Source of the DNA: Deltaproteobacteria bacterium
Lineage (GTDB): Bacteria > Myxococcota_A > Polyangia > Fen-1088
Assembly: GCA_033763315.1 (NCBI GenBank)
Contig: JANRKS010000029.1
Span: 59,677 to 123,676, forward strand
Direction: 5' to 3'
DNA: 64,000 nt
Below are positions 1 through 9,438 of the stretch, piece by piece (the stretch's first letter is position 1; each line of letters opens with the position of its first letter). A program made the translations under genes and the position numbers. The notes beneath the pieces were generated by a model. The model was not told the origin of the DNA. It did not search any database and saw only the letters and a program-made list of their open reading frames with translations.

Positions 1-490
1 GCAGCGCTCTTCCGGGGCCGCGCAACGCCGTGACCTGATCCTTGACCACTTTGACCGTACCGGCACTGGCCGAAATTGACCAAGCGGCCGTAAGATCAGT
101 TTCGAAGCCTTGGCAGGCCGCTTGGGCGCAGCTTGCGGCCGAAACCATACCCCCCGTGCCCGCCATGCCGCCGCCCGCACCGCCGGAACCACCCGCGCCC
201 GCCACACCCCCGGACCCGGGAGCGCCGCCGCCACCGACGCCGCTTCCTGCACCACCCCCTGCGCCCGCGGTGCCACCGGTGCCGCCTTGGGCACTTTGTT
301 GCCCGCCGCCGCCGCCCCCAGCCTCGCCCCCGCCGCCGCCTTCAGCTTCACCGCCGCTGCCACCGCGGCCCTCATCGCCATCACCGTCGCCCCCAGAAGT
401 GCAGCTTAGGCAGGCAACCAAGGCCATGGTTGAAAACAAAAGCCGTGATGAGGCCGGAACGACCAACGAATGACATATGCCGAACTTCAT
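1..490 (-). CDS. Lipoprotein with Gly-rich linker (5' part only; runs off the window start)
   Basis: Not in the ORF track because there is no stop in the window. Manual translation from ATG 490: MKFGICHSLVVPASSRLLFSTMALVACLSC-TSGGDGDGDEGRGGSGG...GGMVSAASCAQAACQGFETD; signal peptide, Cys, then Gly-rich spacer. The Pro-rich + ORF 42..473 is its mirror. Confidence 0.8.
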   Translation of the reverse strand, partial: MKFGICHSLVVPASSRLLFSTMALVACLSCTSGGDGDGDEGRGGSGGEAEGGGGGEAGGGGGGQQSAQGGTGGTAGAGGGAGSGVGGGGAPGSGGVAGAGGSGGAGGGMAGTGGMVSAASCAQAACQGFETDLTAAWSISASAGTVKVVKDQVTALRGPGRAL

Positions 491-615
491 AGCCGCGAGT
501 CTGGTACGGTATGGGCGCTCATGGCAAGAAGATCCCACTTCGTATCGCGCGAAATAGGAACAACGCGCCGCTCCCGCTGGTGCCATTGACGTAGGCCCCG
601 CGTATTCTCACGCCC

Positions 616-1113
616 ATGGACCGCGCCGCCACATTGATTCAGAAACTCGGTCTGCAACCACATCCCGAACGCGGCTTCTTCGCGGAGACGTACCGCTCGC
701 CACAGCGCATTGACAGCCAGCTTCACGGCGGCACACGCGCCGCCAGCACCGCGATCTATTTTCTCATCAACGCCGAGCACGGCGCCACGTACCTGCACCG
801 TCTGATCTCAGACGAGATCTTTCATTTCTACGAAGGCGGCCCACTCGACGTGTTGATGTTGTTTGCCGACGGTCGCGGCGAGGTGAGGCGCCTTGGTACA
901 AACATCGAAGCAGGTGAGCGTCCACAGATCGTGATCCCCGCAGGCACTTGGTTTGGCACCGCATTGCCGGCGGGTGTCTCGCATTGTTTGTTCGGCTGCA
1001 CCGTCGCGCCAGGTTTCGAATTCGAAGACTTCGCGTTGGCGCAAGGCCCCGAGTTGGCGGTGCGCTATCCTTCGTTCGCGGGTCTCATCGCGCGCATGAG
1101 CCGTCACGGTTGA
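616..1113 (+). CDS. Cupin_5 (DUF985/YML079-like) cupin protein
   Basis: LGLQPHPERGFFAETYRS, STAIYFL, HRL-SDEIFHFYEG, CTVAPGFEFEDF are typical of this family. Confidence 0.9.
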   Translation: MDRAATLIQKLGLQPHPERGFFAETYRSPQRIDSQLHGGTRAASTAIYFLINAEHGATYLHRLISDEIFHFYEGGPLDVLMLFADGRGEVRRLGTNIEAGERPQIVIPAGTWFGTALPAGVSHCLFGCTVAPGFEFEDFALAQGPELAVRYPSFAGLIARMSRHG

Positions 1114-1322
1114 AACGCTGAGGACCTCGCCCACGCATTCCACGTGCGCCTTGATGTGCCCATGTCGGCAAAGGTAACCGGCGGCGGCCGCTGCACGTCA
1201 CCAAACGTGGGCGCTCTCCTATCGGAAACGCAAACTTCGGGCATCATGGGTATCCGCAGAAAATGTGCGCCGCGCTTAGATCCTTTTGTGAAGGCGTGCG
1301 TTTACGAGGATGGAGGGCTTGG

Positions 1323-4300
1323 ATGCTCAAACGAACCGCGTTGTTGTGCTTTTTTTCGGGAACGGTGGCCGCACCTTTGGGTGCCTGCAAAACGAACCAA
1401 ACTTCTGTGGAGGGGGCCGCCGGCGCATTAGCCTCAGGCCCCGCGGGAGGTTCAGGCGCCGCCAAGGCGTTGGCCCCGCAAGGCGCAGAGAAAGCGCCGC
1501 CTGAAAGCGGCCGTGCCGCCGAAACGCCGCTGGTGGGCGAGGTGGCCACGAAGATCGAATCGCACTTCGCGGGGAAAAACAGCCAACGCATTTATGTGCA
1601 AGTGGATAAGCCGCTTTACCAGCCGGGCGAAACCATTTGGATCAAAACATGGGATCTCAAGCTACGCGACTTCTCGGGTGGCGGCGCCAACGGCATTCAC
1701 TACGAGTTGGTAAGCCCCAAGGGCGCCACTGTGGTGCAAAAGTACGTGCAGCAAGACGCGGGCATGGCCACCAACGATTTCGTGATCCCCGAAGGCGTTG
1801 AAGGCGGCGAGTATTCTTTGCGTGTGCGCACCGACGATGGCGTGAGCGAAACGCGCCCCGTGGTGGTGAGTGCCTATGAAGCGCCTCGGCTGAAGAAAAA
1901 GCTCGAGTTTTTGCGCAAGGCTTACGGGCCGGGCGATGAAGTGAGCGCAACGGTGAAGGTGGAACGGCCCACCGGCGAAGTGCTTGCGGGCAAGAAGCTG
2001 CAAGGTGTGATCATGCTGGACGATCGCAACTTGCCCAACGTTGAAGCCACCACCGATGGCCAAGGCGGCGCTGTGGTGAAGTTCAAGTTGCCCGACAACA
2101 TTGATAAGGGCGATGGCCTGCTTACTGTGCTTGTGCAAGACGGCGGCATCACCGAGTCGATCAGCAAGCGTGTGCCAATCGTGTTGAAGAAGCTGCAGCT
2201 TTCTGTGTTCCCTGAGGGCGGCGATCTAGTGGAAGGCCTGCAAAGCCGGATCTATTTCGAGGCACAAACGATGCTCGGCAAGCCTGCCGACATGGAAGGC
2301 AAGATCGTTGACGATCAAGGCCAAACGGCGGCGCTGTTGCGGACGCATCATTTCGGTTTGGGCCGCGGCACGTTCACTCCTGCGCCTGGCCGCACGTACC
2401 ACGTTGAAGTCACGCAGCCCGTGGGCATCGATCTGCATTACCCCTTGCCCGCCGTGAAGCCCGAAGGTTGTGTGCTGCGTACGTTCGATGACTACGATGG
2501 CGTGGTGCCCGAGCTGCGCGTGGGGGTCATGTGCTCAACGGATAAAGACGCGCTTTTGACCGCGGTTGTGCGTGAAAACCTATTCGATGCCGCGCGCGTT
2601 CAAGTCAAAGCCGGACGGCAAGCCGTTGTGTATTTGAAAGCGAAGACCAAAACGCTGGCCAAAGCGCAAGGCATTGCGCGTGTGACCTTGTTTGATGAAA
2701 ACAAGAACCCGCTGGCCGAACGCGTGGTGTTCCGCAACCGACGCAATGGCTTGGTGGTCAAGGTTGAGCCCGACGCCGAAAGCTACAGCCCGCGGGAACA
2801 GGTGGCGTTGACGGTGCGCACAGAAGACAGTGAAGGCCAACCTGTGCCAGCCGAAGTGGCGCTGTCTGTTGTGGACGATACGGTGGTTAGTTTCGCCGAT
2901 GATAAGACAGGGCACTTGTTGAGCCGCGTGTTGTTTGAGCAGGACATCCCCGGCAAGGTGGAGGAGCCCAAGTTCTTCTTCGATGTCACTGAAGCCAAGG
3001 CACCTGCGGCGTTGGATATGTTGATGGGCACGCGCGGGTGGCGTCACTTCGTGTGGCAGCCTGTGTTTTCGCCGCCGCCACCTTCGATGCCTTTGGGTGC
3101 GATCGGGTCTGGCATGGGTGGCGGGGGCGCTCGGCCTCGGCCTATGCCTCGGCGTGGCATCCCTGCCATGGAGATGGCCGAAGGTGCGCTGCCGCCCGAA
3201 GCAGCGATGGCGTTGCCCGCGCCGCCGCCCGCGATGCCGAAAGGTGCCATGCCTCAACCTCCCGGCGCACCAGCGGCGATGCGTATGCCGGCCGCTCCGC
3301 CCGTGGCGCAAGCCAAACCGGTGGCGCGCGCCGATGTCGCGGACCGTGCTGTGGCGGCACCCGAAAAGAAGAAGATCATGATGAAGGAAGAGGCCGAGGC
3401 GCCAAGGGATCAGGCGCCGGCCCAAGCGGTGGGCGGTTTGCGGGGCCGGGTGGCCGGCAAGAGAGCCCGCGCTATGGACGACGAGCTCGCCGCCTTGGAT
3501 GCGGACGAAGCGGTTGCGAACAATGCGATTGTCCGCCGCCCGCGGCCCATGGGCTTTGCACCCGTGCGTGAATTTCCCGCGCCCAAGTACACAGGGGCGT
3601 TCGACGGTGTGCGCACCGATTTTCGCGAGACGATCGCGTTTGCGCCGCGCGTACGCACCGACAACAAGGGCAAAGGCATTGTCACCTTCTATTTGTCGGA
3701 TGCCGTAACTTCATTCCGCGTGTTCGCTGAAGGCGTTGGGGGGGCACAGATCGGCCGCGCAGAGAAGGTCTTCAAATCGAGCCTGCCGTTCTCGATGAGT
3801 GTGAAGTTGCCCTTGGAAGTCAGCGCTGGCGATCAGATGTTGCTGCCGTTGACCTTGAGCAACGAACGCAGCGAGGCGTTGCCCGTGACGCTCACGTCAA
3901 GCTTTGGCGATCTTATCGACGTCACACAAAACCCAGACGTGCCAAAGCAACTTGGCGCGCGAGCTCGCAGCAGCCTATTTTATGGCGTCACGGTCAAGGG
4001 CCAGCCTGGCGAAAGCAAAGTGTCGTTCGCGGCGCAAGCGGGCGGCTTGAAGGATGAGTTCTCGCGCACGTTGACGGTGGTGCCGCTTGGGTTTCCACAA
4101 ACCGTATCGCGCAGCGGCTCTGTGAAAGGGCAGGCGCAGATCACGTTCGACACGGGCGCTGCACTGCCTGGGAGCATGGACGCAAAGCTAACGATCTACA
4201 CCAGCCCCACGGCCACGCTGCTTTCGGGCCTCGATGGCATGATCCGCGAGCCTTATGGCTGCTTCGAGCAAACCAGCAGCACCAATTATCCCAACGTGAT

Positions 4301-5678
4301 GGTGTTGTCGTATCTGAAAACGCAGAACGTTGTGGCGCCCGATCTGCTTAACCGTACGAACCAAATGATCGAACGTGGCTACCAGAAGCTCGTGGGCTTT
4401 GAAACGGGTGAGAAGGGATATGAGTGGTTTGGCCAAGCGCCCGCGCACGAAGCCTTGAGCGCGTATGGCGTGCTTGAGTTCGCCGATATGCAGAAGGCTT
4501 GGGGCGGCGTGAGCGAGCCCATGGTGGCTCGCACGGTGGCCTATTTAAAGACGCGACGGGATGGCAAAGGCGGATTTGCCCGCAACCCACGGGCGCTTGA
4601 TAGCTTCGGTGGCGCCAAGCCTGAAATCACCGACGCTTACATCGTCTATGCGTTTACCGAGGCCGGATACTTTGATCTTGTGCCTGAAATCGCTGCCCAG
4701 GCCCAAGTGGCACGCGATACGCGTGATCCATATCTGTTGGCCTTGGCCACCAACACACTGTTGAACGTGCCCCAGCGCAAGTCTGAAGGCATGGCGGCTG
4801 CAGCGCGCTTGGTTTCAATGCAAGACAAGACCACGGGCAAGTGGACAGGGGCCGATCACTCCATCACGCGCAGCACCGGATACAACTTGGATGTGGAAAC
4901 CACATCGTTGGCGCTCTTGGCCTTGCTGAAGACGAAGGCTTTCGCTGGCGAAGTGCAAATGGGCATCAAATATCTCGTGGGCGCACGGCAAGGACACGGC
5001 GATTGGGGCGCCACGCAATCAACTGTGTTGGCGCTTAAAGCCTTGACCACATACACAGTGGCTTCGAAGCAGATGGCATCCTCTGGGCAAGTGCAGGTCA
5101 TGGTCAATGGCCGCGTTGTGGCCACGCAATCGTATGAGGCCGGCCGTAAGGAGCCGCTTGTTCTACAAGGCTGGGGCAGCGCGCTTACGGCGGGCACCAA
5201 CGCGGTTCAGATCATTCACAATGGTCAGAACGACTTGCCTTACAGCCTGGCGGTGGACTTCCGTTCGGCGCGGCCGGCATCGGACCCCGCCACAGTGGTG
5301 GACCTGGAAACCAAGCTTGCCAAGACCAGCGTGAAGATGGGCGAGACGGTGCGCGTCGTGGCCACCATCAAGAACAAGACGTCTTCGGGTCAACCCATGA
5401 CGATGGCGATCATCGGGCTGCCTGGAGGCCTGGCGTTCCAGAACTGGCAACTCAAAGAGTTGGTGGACAACAAAGTCATTGGCTTCTTTGAGACCCGGCC
5501 ACGCGAGGTGATCGTGTACTTGCGCGACATGAAGCCCAACGAAGTCAAAGAGGTGCCGCTTGACTTGGTGGCCACTGTGCCTGGCAATTACACAGGCCCT
5601 GCGTCGCGCGCTTATCTGTACTACAGCAACGATAAGCGGACCTGGATCGATCCGCTCAAGGTTCAGATCGCACCGTGA
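1323..5678 (+). CDS. Alpha-2-macroglobulin family lipoprotein with intact thioester motif
   Basis: ATG 1323 with GGAGG upstream; lipobox LGAC; MG2 motif DKPLYQPGETI; FPEGGDLVEG; RTDFRETIAF; PYGCFEQTSS (CxEQ); WGATQSTVLALKAL; Pro/Ala/Met-rich bait-like region. Confidence 0.93.
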   Translation: MLKRTALLCFFSGTVAAPLGACKTNQTSVEGAAGALASGPAGGSGAAKALAPQGAEKAPPESGRAAETPLVGEVATKIESHFAGKNSQRIYVQVDKPLYQPGETIWIKTWDLKLRDFSGGGANGIHYELVSPKGATVVQKYVQQDAGMATNDFVIPEGVEGGEYSLRVRTDDGVSETRPVVVSAYEAPRLKKKLEFLRKAYGPGDEVSATVKVERPTGEVLAGKKLQGVIMLDDRNLPNVEATTDGQGGAVVKFKLPDNIDKGDGLLTVLVQDGGITESISKRVPIVLKKLQLSVFPEGGDLVEGLQSRIYFEAQTMLGKPADMEGKIVDDQGQTAALLRTHHFGLGRGTFTPAPGRTYHVEVTQPVGIDLHYPLPAVKPEGCVLRTFDDYDGVVPELRVGVMCSTDKDALLTAVVRENLFDAARVQVKAGRQAVVYLKAKTKTLAKAQGIARVTLFDENKNPLAERVVFRNRRNGLVVKVEPDAESYSPREQVALTVRTEDSEGQPVPAEVALSVVDDTVVSFADDKTGHLLSRVLFEQDIPGKVEEPKFFFDVTEAKAPAALDMLMGTRGWRHFVWQPVFSPPPPSMPLGAIGSGMGGGGARPRPMPRRGIPAMEMAEGALPPEAAMALPAPPPAMPKGAMPQPPGAPAAMRMPAAPPVAQAKPVARADVADRAVAAPEKKKIMMKEEAEAPRDQAPAQAVGGLRGRVAGKRARAMDDELAALDADEAVANNAIVRRPRPMGFAPVREFPAPKYTGAFDGVRTDFRETIAFAPRVRTDNKGKGIVTFYLSDAVTSFRVFAEGVGGAQIGRAEKVFKSSLPFSMSVKLPLEVSAGDQMLLPLTLSNERSEALPVTLTSSFGDLIDVTQNPDVPKQLGARARSSLFYGVTVKGQPGESKVSFAAQAGGLKDEFSRTLTVVPLGFPQTVSRSGSVKGQAQITFDTGAALPGSMDAKLTIYTSPTATLLSGLDGMIREPYGCFEQTSSTNYPNVMVLSYLKTQNVVAPDLLNRTNQMIERGYQKLVGFETGEKGYEWFGQAPAHEALSAYGVLEFADMQKAWGGVSEPMVARTVAYLKTRRDGKGGFARNPRALDSFGGAKPEITDAYIVYAFTEAGYFDLVPEIAAQAQVARDTRDPYLLALATNTLLNVPQRKSEGMAAAARLVSMQDKTTGKWTGADHSITRSTGYNLDVETTSLALLALLKTKAFAGEVQMGIKYLVGARQGHGDWGATQSTVLALKALTTYTVASKQMASSGQVQVMVNGRVVATQSYEAGRKEPLVLQGWGSALTAGTNAVQIIHNGQNDLPYSLAVDFRSARPASDPATVVDLETKLAKTSVKMGETVRVVATIKNKTSSGQPMTMAIIGLPGGLAFQNWQLKELVDNKVIGFFETRPREVIVYLRDMKPNEVKEVPLDLVATVPGNYTGPASRAYLYYSNDKRTWIDPLKVQIAP

Positions 5679-5691
5679 TGTGAACATCGAA

Positions 5692-5732
5692 GGGCGTCTT
5701 CATGCCGCGGACCCAGGCACGTGAAGACGCCC
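5692..5732. terminator. Strong stem-loop after the A2M gene (possible terminator or stabilising hairpin)
   Basis: Perfect 11-bp inverted repeat GGGCGTCTTCA (5692-5702) / TGAAGACGCCC (5722-5732); no U-tract. Confidence 0.5.
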
Positions 5733-5907
5733 GATCGTTCGCCCGCGACGTCGCCACCAGAGGCTGTGTGCCTCGAACCGAGCGTGGGCAATCCGCCGGC
5801 CCCTTTTACCCGCTTGCCCACATTAGGCGCAAAACAAATGCGCTGCGTCGTCATCAGAAGAATTGCGCCCAGCGCCTTGGCGTGGAATTGTCTGTGCAGT
5901 TTTACCC

Positions 5908-6705
5908 ATGTCGAGCCAAGTCGATGAGTTGACCCAAGCCGTTCGAGACGTTGCCCTTCAGATCAATGCCGCCCAAGAGCGCGCTGAGGATCGTGAGGTG
6001 GTGACGGCCGCCCACTTAGCCGCCGATGCTTTGTCCGCCCGTTTCAAGGCGTTTTACGAAACGCTCAGTGATGGCGAAAAGATGAAGATCGACCGCACCC
6101 TTGGCCGCCGCGTGCAAGACATCCGCCGCTCTGCCTCGCTCTTGCCCCGCATCGGCAACATCGCTGGAAGCACCCCTGACAGGCACCCCACCAACGCTTC
6201 GGGTGTCAGCGAACGCCGCATCACCGGCGTGTCATGGGGTTCCGAGAATTCCCTGCAAAAAGGCCGCGGTTTGCGTGTGGGCGGCGAAGTGGAAGCCTGG
6301 TGTGGCCCTTGCGCGGGCCTTACCGACCACACCATCGTGGCCATGGTGGGCGAGCTGCCAAAGCAAGTGATTTGCCAAGCCTGCAACAACCGCCACGGCT
6401 ACCGCACCACGCCCGCCCGCAAGGCCGAGCCCGTGGCGTCGGACGAGCCGCAGGAGCAGGTGAGCGAATATGTGTCGCCACCCAAGGCCACACAAAAAAC
6501 GGTGGAACAAAACGCGTTGGCCAATCTTGTGAACGCGGCCATCGAAAGCGGTACGATTCGGCAATTTGACCCCAAAGAGCGCTACAAGACGGGCGAGATC
6601 ATCTCGCATCCGCTGTGGGGCCGCGGGCGCATCGAGACCGTGTTACGCGCAAGCCTCTTGGTGAAATTCGTCAACGGCGGCCTCAAAGCCGTTTCGTTGC
6701 AATAG
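5908..6705 (+). CDS. Hypothetical protein: helical N-terminus, CxxC...CxxC zinc ribbon, C-terminal Tudor-like module
   Basis: WCGPC...VICQAC Zn ligands; C-terminal FDPKERYKTGEIISHPLWGRGRI resembles the UvrD/PcrA C-terminal Tudor-like motif. ATG 5908 preferred over TTG 5863. Confidence 0.75.
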   Translation: MSSQVDELTQAVRDVALQINAAQERAEDREVVTAAHLAADALSARFKAFYETLSDGEKMKIDRTLGRRVQDIRRSASLLPRIGNIAGSTPDRHPTNASGVSERRITGVSWGSENSLQKGRGLRVGGEVEAWCGPCAGLTDHTIVAMVGELPKQVICQACNNRHGYRTTPARKAEPVASDEPQEQVSEYVSPPKATQKTVEQNALANLVNAAIESGTIRQFDPKERYKTGEIISHPLWGRGRIETVLRASLLVKFVNGGLKAVSLQ

Positions 6706-6802
6706 CGCCAGCCGCTGGACGTCCCCTGGCGGCGGCGTCTCTGGAAGGCGTCAACAAGCCTGTGTCTTTTCAAGACGCGTTGAGGCCGTGATACGCTGAG
6801 GC

Positions 6803-7456
6803 ATGGCAACACATGCGCATGGCCCTGGGCGTGCTCGTTTAGATGCCCTGTTGGATGCACGCAACGAACACCCCGAGCGGCTCGCCAGCATCGATGCGGT
6901 GATCGCCGCCGAGTTTGCGCAGACGCACGCGGTGTTGGTTCTGGATATGTCGGGCTTCTCGCGTTTGGTGGCTCGTTACGGCACCACCCACTACTTGGCG
7001 ATGATCCGCCGCATGCAGACCACCGCGGTGCCGATGGTGCAAAACCACGGAGGCCGCTTGGTGAAACAAGAAGCCGACAACCTGTTCTGCGTGTTTCGCA
7101 CGGTGGATCAAGCCGTGGCAGGAGCGCGAGGCATCAACGGCGCGTTTGCGGAAGCCAATCGCTTTTTGCCCGAAGACTGGGACATTCACGTATCCATCGG
7201 CATCGGCTTTGGCGAAGTGTTGATGATCGATGAATGCGATATGTTTGGCCACGAGATGAATCTGGCATCGAAGCTGGGCGAGGATGTGGCGTTGGCGGGG
7301 CAGGTGTTGCTCACCGAGGCCGCTCATGCAGCGTTGGCCACCGCCGAGTCCGCAACGTTCGATGAGGCATGGTTTGGCCGCTTGCGCGTCAGCTTCTGGC
7401 GCTTGCAGCGCACCGACGCGGTGGTGCCGGCCGAACAACTCCGCGGACCGGCCTAG
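6803..7456 (+). CDS. Class III adenylate/guanylate cyclase, stand-alone catalytic domain
   Basis: VLDMSGFS, KQEADN, SIGIGFG, DMFGHEMNLASKL motifs. Confidence 0.88.
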   Translation: MATHAHGPGRARLDALLDARNEHPERLASIDAVIAAEFAQTHAVLVLDMSGFSRLVARYGTTHYLAMIRRMQTTAVPMVQNHGGRLVKQEADNLFCVFRTVDQAVAGARGINGAFAEANRFLPEDWDIHVSIGIGFGEVLMIDECDMFGHEMNLASKLGEDVALAGQVLLTEAAHAALATAESATFDEAWFGRLRVSFWRLQRTDAVVPAEQLRGPA

Positions 7457-8277
7457 TTGACTGTGAATGTGACAGGCGCCAGCACTGCTGGTGTGCCCAC
7501 CGGGGTTGAGTAATTCGCAGGGTTCAGCTGCGAGAGGGCGGCGCCCGCCGCATTCAAAAGCCGATACTGCAAAGCATAGTCGCCATCCGGTACGGCTTGT
7601 GTGAGGCCCGTGCCATCCACGCATGCAAAGCGAAAAACGAAGGGGGGCAAATCCTTTGTGGTGGCTGTCAGTTCAACGGCTGTGGCGCCGACCGAAGCAC
7701 ATGTGACAGGCGTGTTGGGTGCAGCTGCGCGGGCGATCGACCAACGCGCGGAGAATGATTGGATCTCAAACACGATGCCGCCGATGTCTGTGACGCCTGT
7801 GGGCGCCAGCGAAAGTGGAATCACGATCGAACTGACCTCCACGTTGTCACCACGCAACAGACGCACAGCAAGTGAGTAGGGGCCAGGCGGCAACGGCAGC
7901 TGCACGCCCTTTTGAGCGCTGCAGGGGAACAAAAAATCCTTGCGGAAGCCCGTGCTGGTGTTGGTGGCCGCGACAGCCAAAGTGTTGGTGCCGGCCTCTT
8001 CGCAAAGCACAACGTCATTAATGGGCGGCCCCACGTCTTCAATCGTCCAGTCTAAAAAGAAGGCCGTGGTGAAGTTTGCGTCTGTGTCAGCATCGGTCGC
8101 TGCACCCGCGTCGCCGCGTGCATCAAGGTCAAGCGGCGAGGCATCCGGAAGCGTCACCACAGCGGCATCTGGGGTGCCGTCATTCCCATCGGATCGTCCG
8201 CGAAAGCTCCCATCACCCGAGGAGCAAGCGCCGAGGCCAATCGCTAACATGCAAAAAGCAACAATGGTTCGTGACAT
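7453..8277 (-). CDS. Lipoprotein with two tandem beta-sandwich-like repeats
   Basis: Lipobox LGAC; repeats W(T/S)I...C...G...F.F.C...G....(L/V)P.G.Y.L..RLL occur twice. Confidence 0.8.
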   Translation of the reverse strand: MSRTIVAFCMLAIGLGACSSGDGSFRGRSDGNDGTPDAAVVTLPDASPLDLDARGDAGAATDADTDANFTTAFFLDWTIEDVGPPINDVVLCEEAGTNTLAVAATNTSTGFRKDFLFPCSAQKGVQLPLPPGPYSLAVRLLRGDNVEVSSIVIPLSLAPTGVTDIGGIVFEIQSFSARWSIARAAAPNTPVTCASVGATAVELTATTKDLPPFVFRFACVDGTGLTQAVPDGDYALQYRLLNAAGAALSQLNPANYSTPVGTPAVLAPVTFTVN

Positions 8278-8508
8278 GAGAAAAAGCATAACGTAACGGC
8301 CGCTCGTCTTCGCCTGTAAGCCGCGTGCAGTTTCGCCTCGCGATCTGGGGCGAGGGCGTTGTTACCAGGGCACGTGCCTTGAAGGCGATCCCGCGCGCCG
8401 CTTGCATTTTGACGTGTCGTCGTCGGCTGACACGTTGCGTTGCGTGCGTGCCCGCCTCGCTGCGTTCGCGCCCGCCAGACTCGAATCGTTTTGATGTCAG
8501 CACGCTAA

Positions 8509-9438
8509 ATGCAGCTTGCGCTTCCATGCGGTGCGGAATCGGCTAGTCTGCCCGCGCCTGTGTTGGACCGAAACGCGCTTAAAAAACACCTGCCTGGCGT
8601 GGCGGGGGCTGTGGTGCTTGTGTTGGCTCTGCTTGAGACAGCTCAAGCCGTGCTGGCGCCCTCGCGTGCACCCACCGATGCGGATTGGAATGCCGCCGCC
8701 GCGGCTGTGCGGGCACAGTTTGCCGAAGGCGATCTCATTGTGGCGGCACCAGCTTGGGCCGATCCGGTGATGCGCATGCATTTGGGATCGTTGGTGCCCA
8801 TCGCGATGGCCACGCGCCTGGATGACGCCCGTTATGCACGCGTGTGGGAGATCTCTCAAAAGGGCGCCACCACACCCGAGGCGCAAGGCACAGAACGTTA
8901 CCGCGCCCGCTTTGGCAACCTCACTGTGCGGCGCGTGGAGCGTGAGCCAGCGAAGCTTAAATACGATTTTGTAGAGCAATGGCGGCAGGCGCGGGTGAGC
9001 CGACAAAGTCCCGCGGGCGTGGTCGCGTGTGCCGCTTTGCCTGATCGGATCCAGTGCCCAGACATCGCGTTCAATTGGGTGAAGCCCGCCGTGCTTGAAT
9101 TCGATTTTGGTTTGCACCGCGCGCTTTACACGCAACCGGTGGCGGGCGCCGCTGTGGTGGTCGAGTTTGACGATGTGCCATTGGGGCGGACGCTCACCGT
9201 GGGCGTGGGTCTTCACCATGTTTGGTTGCGCAAAGCGGGCAGCGGCCACGTGACCTTGAACGTGCTCATCGGTGGACGATCCATCGCGCACCTCACCGTG
9301 GACAACCGGTCGCCGTGGCAACCCGTGGATCTGCCCACGGCCGCGTTTGCGGGCCAACGCCAAGTGGTGCGCTTCGAGATCACGTCAGACAATGCCTTCT
9401 CCCGGCACCTTGGTTTTGCCGCTGAGGCGCGCGAATGA
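8509..9438 (+). CDS. Membrane-anchored accessory protein of the glycosyltransferase operon
   Basis: N-terminal TM segment, C-terminal beta-rich domain (WQPVDLPTAAFAGQRQVVRFEI); ATGA overlap with the next gene. Start uncertain. Confidence 0.65.
   Translation: MQLALPCGAESASLPAPVLDRNALKKHLPGVAGAVVLVLALLETAQAVLAPSRAPTDADWNAAAAAVRAQFAEGDLIVAAPAWADPVMRMHLGSLVPIAMATRLDDARYARVWEISQKGATTPEAQGTERYRARFGNLTVRRVEREPAKLKYDFVEQWRQARVSRQSPAGVVACAALPDRIQCPDIAFNWVKPAVLEFDFGLHRALYTQPVAGAAVVVEFDDVPLGRTLTVGVGLHHVWLRKAGSGHVTLNVLIGGRSIAHLTVDNRSPWQPVDLPTAAFAGQRQVVRFEITSDNAFSRHLGFAAEARE

Noticed and set aside
42-473. Pro-rich 143-aa ORF on + strand
   Set aside because: Mirror of the Gly-rich lipoprotein gene on the minus strand (ATG 490).
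1165-1265. GGCAAA...ACGCAAA resembling a c-di-GMP-I riboswitch upstream of A2M
   Set aside because: Spacing is too long and there is no GNRA-capped stem or receptor; cannot be supported without an Rfam search.
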